Assembly: GCA_963835045.1 (NCBI GenBank)
Contig: CAWIDW010000005.1
Location: forward strand, 63,210-127,209
Source of the DNA: an uncultured bacterium
GTDB taxonomy: Bacteria > Patescibacteriota > Minisyncoccia > Minisyncoccales > Staskawiczbacteraceae
Reading direction: 5' to 3'
Length of the DNA: 64,000 bases
The notes beneath the pieces were generated by a model, which made no database searches, was not told where the DNA came from, and was given only the letters and a program-made list of their open reading frames with translations. Made by a program: the position numbers and the translations under genes. This document shows, piece after piece, positions 1-7,122 of this stretch (position 1 is its first letter; each line of letters begins with the position of its first letter).

Positions 1-92
1 CTCGGTCGGTTGCTTTTTCTGGTGTTGGTTCATTTTCCATAAACCTATTATACATAAATTTGTAAAAATCCCAAAATCGGGTTAAAGTGAAG

Positions 93-130
93 CCAATATA
101 GCGGTTCTAACTGCTTCTAACGCCCACTGC
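93..130 (+). repeat. 38-nt repeat, copy 1 (left island boundary)
   Basis: ccaatatagcggttctaactgcttctaacgcccactgc; 36/38 identical to copy at 4480-4517. Confidence 0.9.
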
Positions 131-163
131 AATTTATTGTGCGACAAGTTATTTTAATTTTAT

Positions 164-209
164 AAAAAAAGAGCCGAGTTGCACCAGGGGTGTTTTCTCG
201 GCTTTTTGA
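164..209. terminator. Bidirectional rho-independent terminator
   Basis: Stem agccgag (172-178) / ctcggct (197-203), flanked by an A-run upstream and a T-run downstream. Lies just past the stop of the minus-strand gene ending at 245. Confidence 0.6.
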
Positions 210-244
210 GTTTATTTGAGACTTGCGAATCTTTCGCGAAGTCC

Positions 245-1300
245 TTATCTCGCCTTAGGACGTTCGGCAGTTAAGATCGCCTTGAAGGACGTGAGAGGTT
301 CGTCACGACGCCAAGCATTCCATGCTTGGATTGACCAGCGAAACATTTTCTCTGGTTCGACTGATTTGCTTTGTGAGCGCTTGCCCTTTGAGCTGTCAAT
401 ACTCAGCTTGCAGGTCATTAGTTGGTTGCGGAGTTTGAGGCGAGGATCGTTCTTGCTGGCCATTCCCGTACCCTCGCGAACTGAGTCCCAAAAATCTGCC
501 GAAGGTTTAACCACTTTTTCAAAGGTGGTAAACATGGCGCCGATTACCGGTGACCGCCGCATCCAATCTACCGAGCTGATGGAAAAAGTGCTAAGGTAGG
601 CGACTACGGTGTTGACCAAGTTGGCATCTTCGCCTTGCATTAAGAATGCGATCTCATCCCCATCGTGTCGTTTGCGTTCGCTGGAATTGTCCCATTTGTA
701 AAAACTGAAGCCGTCGCTCATTGTCTTGATGTCGGTTGGCTTGAGGCTTTTAAACTGGTTTGTCCCAGCCAAATGGGCGGTGATGACATTGGACTTGGTT
801 CGAGGGGTACCCCGGTCTATCGTGGCGTACAAGAGTCGCATATCTTCACTGGTCTTGGCTCTGTATTTTGCCAAGACCACTTTTCCTGGGCATTCGTACT
901 CGCTTGGCATGTAAATCCTGGCCCAGGAGGTATGCTGACCGTTCATACGAAACTCAGTGCCACCGGGATAGTCATCAACTTTTTCTTCGCAAACACAGGT
1001 CATGAGACGAACGAGCTCGGGTCGAAACGTTCCTTGTTTCATGCATCGGTTAAGGTAGGTAACGTGGCCGTCACGGAGAGGTCGCTCGCCGATGAATTTG
1101 GGATGTTCAAGCATTTCCCTTGACAGTTTTTCTGTCAGATCGACTTTGCGTTCCTGTTCAAGGACGACTCCTCTGCCCAGGGACGTAACGTCCAACACTT
1201 CAGCTTCTGTGGGAACTAATCCCGAGAAACGCTTCGAAGTTGTGAAAGTTTCGTCCATCTCGAAAGCGTGGTTGGCGTCGGGTGTTGTGTTCACGGTCAT
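245..1300 (-). CDS. ParB/sulfiredoxin-fold (DGQHR/DndB-like) domain protein
   Basis: ORF 245..1348; start set to ATG 1300 because AAGGAG lies 7 nt upstream. ERPLRDGHVTYLNRCMKQGTF ... FRMNGQHTSWA fits the ParB/Srx N-terminal pattern (..DGQHR..A). GC-richer than flanks. Confidence 0.5.
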   Translation of the reverse strand: MTVNTTPDANHAFEMDETFTTSKRFSGLVPTEAEVLDVTSLGRGVVLEQERKVDLTEKLSREMLEHPKFIGERPLRDGHVTYLNRCMKQGTFRPELVRLMTCVCEEKVDDYPGGTEFRMNGQHTSWARIYMPSEYECPGKVVLAKYRAKTSEDMRLLYATIDRGTPRTKSNVITAHLAGTNQFKSLKPTDIKTMSDGFSFYKWDNSSERKRHDGDEIAFLMQGEDANLVNTVVAYLSTFSISSVDWMRRSPVIGAMFTTFEKVVKPSADFWDSVREGTGMASKNDPRLKLRNQLMTCKLSIDSSKGKRSQSKSVEPEKMFRWSIQAWNAWRRDEPLTSFKAILTAERPKAR

Positions 1301-1425
1301 GATTTGACTCCTTGTTATCAAAGGGCTTGTGCGTCTTTTGAGAATCAATCCGCGAACATACGCGATTTGATATAGAGGAATAGACGCGCTTCCTAGTAGG
1401 TCGATATTATCATATATAATTACTT

Positions 1426-1442
1426 TGTCAATAGTATTGACA
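1426..1442. promoter_or_regulatory. Perfect 8-1-8 palindrome (candidate operator) overlapping the -35 box
   Basis: tgtcaata g tattgaca, exact inverted repeat in the divergent intergenic region. Confidence 0.6.
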
Positions 1443-1466
1443 TAAATATATAATATATGTTAGAAT
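1437..1466 (+). promoter_or_regulatory. Sigma70-like promoter of the island operon
   Basis: TTGACA (1437-1442), 18-nt spacer, TAGAAT (1461-1466). Confidence 0.55.
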
Positions 1467-1567
1467 CAAAAATCAGTTAACGAAAGCAATTTTGAATTGC
1501 TTCTTAATTGTCGATCGTCGCCCTTTAACAATCAGAGGTGAGTCTATTATCGAAAGGAGGTATTTTC

Positions 1568-1870
1568 ATGACCAAGCCACAAGAAACCGCTCACACTAGC
1601 AGTGGTGTCATTCGAGCAGTCGTGGGTAAGGTCAGAGGCGAAGGTCAACATCGGTTTGCCATCGCCTATCTTGAGAAAGGAGCCACACATCCCACTATCA
1701 GTCAAAGGGAGAGCATCACATTCTCTCTTACTGACTGGCAAGGTGAACGAGAGCCACGAAAAGAGCAGGTTGTTCTGCTTGAAGGAGTTCAATTGTTTGC
1801 CAGAGGTTGGCGAGCTATTGTCGCTCGTCCGATTACTCTGGAGTCACAAGCCACAAGAAAGGAACAGTAG
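1568..1870 (+). CDS. Hypothetical 100-aa protein, first gene of island operon
   Basis: ATG 1568 preceded by GAAAGGAGG; stop lies 2 nt before the next start. Confidence 0.5.
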   Translation: MTKPQETAHTSSGVIRAVVGKVRGEGQHRFAIAYLEKGATHPTISQRESITFSLTDWQGEREPRKEQVVLLEGVQLFARGWRAIVARPITLESQATRKEQ

Positions 1871-1872
1871 TC

Positions 1873-2646
1873 ATGGTGAAAGTTTTTACCGGTACTACTC
1901 AAGAGTGTCTTGAGCACTTTTCCCAGGGGAATCGCTTCAATACTCCTGAGAGAGAAGCATGCAAACTGCGAAATGCAGTTTCCGAGTTTTTTGGCATTAA
2001 CCATCAAACTGGATACGGATGGTTCAGTCAGTTTCGTCTCCCAACCGGAGAGAATCTTTTACGACTTCGATTTTTTCTGTCTCTGTTAGGCTACGAAGTC
2101 GTGGAAAGAAATGTCGTACCGAAAATTCTTCGTGAGTTTTCCGACATGGTTTGCCTTCGCACACTTTCGTTTGAGGAGGCAGCTTATCTTATTGGTGGCA
2201 CCGCTGTACCAGCCGTTTTATTGGATGTGTCATTTGGTCGCTACGGCGTCTCCGGCGAGAGGGAAGAAAAGATTACCGAACTGGTAGAACTCTACAAAAA
2301 GGAAGCTACCGTCAAGCTTGAAGAGTGGAAAACCAAGATTGAATCATTCGGTCTTGCCAATTTCTCCGCTATCAAAATAGTGCCCGCACAAACACCCGAG
2401 TCTTCTAAGGAAGATTCAAAACCGGTGCTTGCTCGGTTAAATGGCGAGGTTGTCAAGACCTTGGCCCACCTGATTCTGGCGATTAAACCCTGGGCAGAAT
2501 TGCTTCTTTCAGAGGAGTTTTCTCCTGAACAGCGACAGCAACTTCGTGAGTTGACTGCCACCAACGGACGTTCAAACGCGGTGTTCGAAGTGTCCAACGC
2601 TCTTAATCGCCTGTGTAGCGAAAGGGCACGTAAGGAAATTCAGTAG
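1873..2646 (+). CDS. Hypothetical protein with two XRE-like helix-turn-helix segments
   Basis: ATG 1873 directly after the upstream stop. AVSEFFGINHQTGYGWFSQFRLPTGENLLRL and LSFEEAAYLIGGTAVPAVLLDVSFG look like HTH motifs (by eye only). Confidence 0.45.
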   Translation: MVKVFTGTTQECLEHFSQGNRFNTPEREACKLRNAVSEFFGINHQTGYGWFSQFRLPTGENLLRLRFFLSLLGYEVVERNVVPKILREFSDMVCLRTLSFEEAAYLIGGTAVPAVLLDVSFGRYGVSGEREEKITELVELYKKEATVKLEEWKTKIESFGLANFSAIKIVPAQTPESSKEDSKPVLARLNGEVVKTLAHLILAIKPWAELLLSEEFSPEQRQQLRELTATNGRSNAVFEVSNALNRLCSERARKEIQ

Positions 2647-2675
2647 CCACAAGCCACAAGAAAGGAACGGTGTCT

Positions 2676-4385
2676 ATGAGTACTACAACTGCTCGGATCG
2701 ATTTTCACAAGGGTGAAACCCTGCTGAACTTGGCGAACACCTATCCCAAGCTCAGCGATGTTCTCTTGGAGCTGGTCCAGAATGCGTTGGACGAAAAAGC
2801 CAACAGAATCTGGATCGAGGTTGACTACAAAAACCGCAAGGCGCACGTACAAGACAACGGCCAGGGAGCTTCGATTGATAAGTTCAACGGCGCTCTGGGG
2901 TCGGTTGCCAAACCCGGTCGCAAGGAAAAGGGGAGTCTTGGCCAGTTTGGCATAGGACTCATCTCTCCTCTCGGCAAGTGCAAAAAGTTCTTCTTCGTTT
3001 CCTGTCCCCAACCCCATGATTCACTCTACCAAGAGTGGCTTCTGGAAACCGATCACATTAAAGCTCAGCAGCACGACATTTCCATTCCCACGAAAGTTCG
3101 CCAGGACATCATTTTTGAAAAGAAAGTGCCTGGCAAAAACAGCGTGGATTGGAGGTCGCGGGCCCAGCTGATTGATTTCACTGAAGATCAATTTGTCAGT
3201 CAACTTTCCATGGATGGATTGGTCGGCGGCATACAGGATCGGTATTCAGGAGTCATGCGCAAAAACAACGTGGTGATTTCTGTGGTGATCAAGGATGAAA
3301 AAGGCAAAAAACATCAACGGGACAATGTGACGGCACTCGAGTTTCTGGGTCGCAAACTCCTGGAACAAGAATTGCTTGATTCGGGCGGAGGCAAAGTTCT
3401 TTTCCGTTTGTTCATTGCCAAGAAAATTGGCAAGGGACGACAACGGCAGGGCAAAGTATCGATGGGGGTAATGGGAAACGATTTCCGATTTCCTTTCGAA
3501 TACTTTGCACGATCAGCAGCCTCGCTTCTGAAACCCGACGTGGTTGACGCGCTGTCAAAAGGTCTTTTCGAAGGAGAAATTCTTTCCGAAAAGGCCAGAC
3601 TTCACCGAGATCGCCAGACTTTTGAGAAGGATGATAACTGGATTGGCTTGTGCATTGCCATTGAAGAGTGGTTTGATAAGTTCGGCAGGGAGCACACCAA
3701 AGAAGCGCAACAGTCAAACGAGGACGAGCGCCACCAGGAACTGGGTCTTCGATCCATGAAAGTGGTGGAGGACATGCTCAGGGACCCATCAAGCGCCTCG
3801 TTACTGGCGGTTCTCAAATCGTTTGAACGGGGAACTGTTGGTAGTGGACACACTGATGTTCCTGCTAGCAAAGTCTACGGTCAGCAGGATGAAAAGGCTT
3901 TGTCGGTGGATGGTAATGTGGGTGAATCGAAATCGAAAAAGGATGATGGCGAACCCCCCCCAGACCCTACCAAACCTCCGGAGCACAAACCTGATCACAT
4001 GCCCCTTACAGTCGCTGGCCCCAAAGGCAAGCGCCGCAAGGAGGTTCGTGGTCATAGCACAGGCCTGGGGTTCGTGTACGATGCCATGGATGGCTCACCC
4101 GACCTTTGGAAACTAGATATCAAGAACGGACTCTTGCATTTTAATATCCGACATCCCTTGTGGATGGCTTGTGATAGTAAAAGTGACTTGGCGCTCATGA
4201 AGCTTCAGGAGCTCGTCACTATCCAGGCACTTACGCTTGAAATTATGCCAGAAGGATTGAGGCATTGTCAGCGTCAGGCGTTTGATGAACACAATGGGGC
4301 CATGGTTACATGGATCCTCAACAGTGACAAGGCGCGGGGAAGTATTCCCGCCGCCAAGAAGAAACCCGCAAAAACTAAGCCCTAA
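2676..4385 (+). CDS. GHKL-superfamily ATPase (HATPase_c_3 / MORC-Hsp90-MutL-like) with long C-terminal region
   Basis: N box LELVQNALDE, G1 box VQDNGQGAS and G2 box GQFGIGLIS within the first ~110 aa; 569 aa. Confidence 0.7.
   Translation: MSTTTARIDFHKGETLLNLANTYPKLSDVLLELVQNALDEKANRIWIEVDYKNRKAHVQDNGQGASIDKFNGALGSVAKPGRKEKGSLGQFGIGLISPLGKCKKFFFVSCPQPHDSLYQEWLLETDHIKAQQHDISIPTKVRQDIIFEKKVPGKNSVDWRSRAQLIDFTEDQFVSQLSMDGLVGGIQDRYSGVMRKNNVVISVVIKDEKGKKHQRDNVTALEFLGRKLLEQELLDSGGGKVLFRLFIAKKIGKGRQRQGKVSMGVMGNDFRFPFEYFARSAASLLKPDVVDALSKGLFEGEILSEKARLHRDRQTFEKDDNWIGLCIAIEEWFDKFGREHTKEAQQSNEDERHQELGLRSMKVVEDMLRDPSSASLLAVLKSFERGTVGSGHTDVPASKVYGQQDEKALSVDGNVGESKSKKDDGEPPPDPTKPPEHKPDHMPLTVAGPKGKRRKEVRGHSTGLGFVYDAMDGSPDLWKLDIKNGLLHFNIRHPLWMACDSKSDLALMKLQELVTIQALTLEIMPEGLRHCQRQAFDEHNGAMVTWILNSDKARGSIPAAKKKPAKTKP
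3954..3961 (+). repeat. Poly-C(8) homopolymer inside the GHKL ATPase CDS
   Basis: gaa cccccccc aga, encoding EPPPDP. Confidence 0.9.
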
Positions 4386-4404
4386 AAAAGCTCGGTCAAT
4401 CAAA

Positions 4405-4441
4405 CCCCGGTATCATAGTAATATGGCACCGGGGCTTTTTC
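4405..4441 (+). terminator. Rho-independent terminator after island operon
   Basis: Stem ccccggt (4405-4411) / accgggg (4428-4434) followed by cttttt. Confidence 0.6.
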
Positions 4442-4479
4442 TTTGCATTGAAAATTGCCGAAAAAATGCTACACTGATA

Positions 4480-4517
4480 CCAATAAAGTGGTTCTAACTG
4501 CTTCTAACGCCCACTGC
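4480..4517 (+). repeat. 38-nt repeat, copy 2 (right island boundary)
   Basis: ccaataaagtggttctaactgcttctaacgcccactgc. Confidence 0.9.
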
Positions 4518-4619
4518 CGGGTATCATTCGGCATCCGGCTTCGCCCACAGGCGGAGTCGGTGGCACGAATGGGAGCCGAGCCAGGCGCGGTCTTGTGCCT
4601 GGCCAGGTCGCAAATTACC

Positions 4620-4847
4620 ATGAAATTCTATGATGTGTACGTCTTGCGCAATAAATTAAAAAATTTTATCTATGTTGGTTATTCTGAAAATCTGAAAGAG
4701 AGAATTCAATATCACAATGGTGGTTATGTGAAATCAACAAAATTTTACATCCCGCTAGAACTTATTCATTACAAAGCGTATCGAAATATAACGGACGCAA
4801 AAAGAAGAGAAGTCTGCGCCTTGTTGCGTCCGCAGACTATCACATAA
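4620..4847 (+). CDS. Small GIY-YIG (URI-domain) nuclease family protein, atypical C-terminus
   Basis: MKFYDVYVLRNKLKNFIYVGYSENLKERIQYHNGG matches the GIY..YIG..R..N pattern. The usual ..KRREKYLKSG.. tail is replaced by AKRREVCALLRPQTIT. Confidence 0.6.
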   Translation: MKFYDVYVLRNKLKNFIYVGYSENLKERIQYHNGGYVKSTKFYIPLELIHYKAYRNITDAKRREVCALLRPQTIT

Positions 4848-4851
4848 AAAA

Positions 4852-4896
4852 ACAACCTCTTTGTGCATGGTGCATGGAGAGGTTGTCTGTTTTTTT
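4852..4896. terminator. Rho-independent terminator (usable from both sides)
   Basis: Stem acaacctct (4852-4860) / agaggttgt (4878-4886), followed by a T7 run and preceded by an A-run. Confidence 0.65.
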
Positions 4897-4911
4897 GGGG
4901 GGGTAAAAGAG

Positions 4912-5040
4912 CTACTTGTTAAAAAAGGAATACCAGATCCATGCCAGCAAAGCTCCAAGGCCAATTGATACGGGGAGGCCATATAATAGGCCACGGAAAA
5001 GAGCTAAATTTTTCTCTTCCAGTTCGTCCTCGGGTTTCAT
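4912..5040 (-). CDS. 42-aa small membrane protein (not in ORF track)
   Basis: ATG at 5040 preceded by GAGGAG. Translation MKPEDELEEKNLALFRGLLYGLPVSIGLGALLAWIWYSFFNK has one clear TM helix. Confidence 0.35.
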   Translation of the reverse strand: MKPEDELEEKNLALFRGLLYGLPVSIGLGALLAWIWYSFFNK

Positions 5041-5199
5041 GCTTTTCTCCTCTTGGTCATGGTTAAAAACAATACCTTGACTATATATTACATAAGTTTT
5101 TAAAAAATACCAGCCCCGTATGCAAGTTTATTCACAATTGCAACTTGTAATCTTGCCTGGGGTTTTGTATTATAAATAATAAGTTCTGTTTTGGCAACA

Positions 5200-7122
5200 A
5201 TGCTAAAGACCATGAAAAAATACTTTCAAAAATCATTCAATAAAAACCAGTTCGTTTTTCTAAAAATATTACTGGTGGCCTGTTGTGTTACCGTCGCCGG
5301 TTTGTATACTCATTCCATTGCCTATGCTGGGAGTATCACCCCGTCCGATTCTCCGTCCAACGACATGTATACCATGGAACAAGTCTACCAACAGCTCCAC
5401 AGCGGCACAACTACTTCTTCTCCATCCGGATCATTCATTGAGCCTAGTTCGTCTCCGGCTCCAACCATGCACACGCTCAGCGATGTATACAATGGCTTTG
5501 CTACTGACGTTGCAGCCACCAGCGGCACCGCCCCATCAAGCGTGCTTTCAGGAAATACCTTTTTTGACACCGCCGGAACTACTCGAGGCACCACCTTTGG
5601 TCCCGTCGCAGGTACTATGGCCAACAACGGCAGTTTCGCTTTGACCTGCAGCGCCACCAATCAATCGGTTACTGCTGGATACTACACTGGTGGCACGTTG
5701 ACCGGCGATGTGAATCTTGTTACTGGTAACATTAAAAATGGTGCGACTATATTCGGAGTTAGTGGTAGCTCTAAAGTTCTTGACACCACTGCCGGCACGG
5801 CAACAAATGGAGAAGTTTTATCCGGCGATATTTGCTACTCCAATGGTTCAACGATTACCGGCACCATAGCCACCGGATCCAACGTCACCGGTTCCAACGG
5901 CTCGCTTTCCTTCAGCATTCCCACTGGATACTATTCGGGCAACACCTGTACGGCCAGCGACACTAATTTAGCAACCGGCAATATAAAAAGCGGCACCACC
6001 ATCTTCGGTGTGGCCGGCAGCAGTAAGGTCTTAGACACCACCTCAGGCACCGCAGTAGCAGCCAATCTAATCTCCGGCAAGGTGGCCTATTCTAACGGAT
6101 CAACAATCACCGGCACCATGCCGGATCAGACAGGATTGAATGTCGCTTCCACCGCTCAGTCCCAGTCCAGCGGAGTCAACTACTTTACCGCTGCCCAGGG
6201 TTACTACGACGGCACCGCCAAGGTTTCCGCCACCGATGCCCAGGTAGCGGCGTTGAGCGCTTCCCTTACGGCAGGGCATGTGGCATCGGGAACCACCATC
6301 TTCGGAGTTGCCGGCACCGGCAACCTGGTTACCGGCACCGGCACGGGAAGCGCCGCGGCCGCCGGCCAGATCCTTACCAACTATTATGCCTGGGGTTCCA
6401 CAGGTTCAGTTATCCAGGGTTCGGTAGCCACCGGCTCCAACGTCACCGGTTCCAATAGCTCGCTCTCCTTTTCCATCCCCACCGGATATTATTCGGGCAA
6501 CACGTGCACGGCCAGCGACACTAACCTGGTGGCGGGAAACATCGATACAGGGGTAAGTATTTTTGGAGTAAGCGGCACACTGTTAGCCAATGAATTTAAC
6601 GGCACCAGCGGTTCTTTTACCGGCGGCAGCCAGGCCAACGGCGGAGCGGATGATTACAATAATGGCTCCGCCTCTCCAGGCAACACTTATTCCACTACCT
6701 GGACCACCTGCAATTCCGGGAACAGCTACTGCGGCACCAGTGACAGTGGGGCGGCAATGAAAGATAATGCCACCGGCAAGATCTGGAGTTATCCTTGCAA
6801 TGGCTCCGCCTGCGCCACTTTTTCCAACAGTTCTCCCGCCACCTATTCCTGGGACAATTCTGGCGCCAATAACAGCAGTAACACCGCCAGCCAGCTTTGC
6901 TCCGGCCACGCGGGCTGGTCTTTACCGCACCAAAAACAGCTAATGCAAGCCTATATCGACGGTTCCTACGGCAACCTAGAAGGCACTGGCGTCGCTCGCT
7001 ACTACTGGTCTGCGACGACTGTCTCCAACAGTACCTCCAACGCGTGGTACACCAACCTGTCTAACGGCAGCACCACCAACGCTGGCAAGACTAATGCTCT
7101 CTACGTTCGTTGCGTGCGCTAG
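5200..7122 (+). CDS. Secreted repeat protein with C-terminal DUF1566 / C-type-lectin-like domain; candidate DGR target
   Basis: N-terminal signal/TM segment and three internal ~60-aa repeats (..GSNVTGSNGSLSFSIPTGYYSGNTCTASDTNL..). C-terminus GWSLPHQKQLMQAY...YYWSATTVSNSTSNAWYTNLSNGSTTNAGKTNALYVRCVR matches the DUF1566 pattern. Start 5200 or 5212 is uncertain. Confidence 0.7.
   Translation: MLKTMKKYFQKSFNKNQFVFLKILLVACCVTVAGLYTHSIAYAGSITPSDSPSNDMYTMEQVYQQLHSGTTTSSPSGSFIEPSSSPAPTMHTLSDVYNGFATDVAATSGTAPSSVLSGNTFFDTAGTTRGTTFGPVAGTMANNGSFALTCSATNQSVTAGYYTGGTLTGDVNLVTGNIKNGATIFGVSGSSKVLDTTAGTATNGEVLSGDICYSNGSTITGTIATGSNVTGSNGSLSFSIPTGYYSGNTCTASDTNLATGNIKSGTTIFGVAGSSKVLDTTSGTAVAANLISGKVAYSNGSTITGTMPDQTGLNVASTAQSQSSGVNYFTAAQGYYDGTAKVSATDAQVAALSASLTAGHVASGTTIFGVAGTGNLVTGTGTGSAAAAGQILTNYYAWGSTGSVIQGSVATGSNVTGSNSSLSFSIPTGYYSGNTCTASDTNLVAGNIDTGVSIFGVSGTLLANEFNGTSGSFTGGSQANGGADDYNNGSASPGNTYSTTWTTCNSGNSYCGTSDSGAAMKDNATGKIWSYPCNGSACATFSNSSPATYSWDNSGANNSSNTASQLCSGHAGWSLPHQKQLMQAYIDGSYGNLEGTGVARYYWSATTVSNSTSNAWYTNLSNGSTTNAGKTNALYVRCVR
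6995..7119 (+). other. Candidate DGR variable region (VR) at the extreme 3' end of the target gene
   Basis: Position and ..YWS..AW..G..K..YVRCVR scaffold are typical of DUF1566-type VRs. No matching template repeat found in the window. Confidence 0.35.

Larger units (their letters stand above)
93..4517. mobile_element. Candidate inserted island (GC-richer, SD-bearing genes) bounded by 38-nt direct repeats; no integrase seen
   Basis: Direct repeats at 93-130 and 4480-4517 match at 36/38. Composition and SD usage shift inside. Four genes unrelated to flanking housekeeping genes. Confidence 0.4.

Noticed and set aside
1-40. Possible 5' end of a minus-strand gene running off the left edge (MENEPTPEKATDR..)
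   Set aside because: Only 13 codons are visible, an alternative ATG exists in another frame, and there is no motif. There is too little sequence to support a feature.
216-599. Track ORFs antisense to or overlapping better-supported genes (for example 216..599, 665..1123, 6583..6909, 12103..12714, 19083..19718, 28168..28632, 31851..32315, 55792..56301, 62202..62648)
   Set aside because: They lie opposite or out of frame to ORFs with clear family motifs. Their translations are low-complexity or Arg/Cys/Trp-rich shadows, and they have no start context of their own.
4890-4903. G7 homopolymers followed by taa (4897-4903, preceded by T7; also 10213-10219) as phase-variation switches
   Set aside because: Both are intergenic and not positioned between -35 and -10 boxes or inside a CDS, so there is no obvious regulated target. 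They are noted only as rare G-runs in an AT-rich genome.
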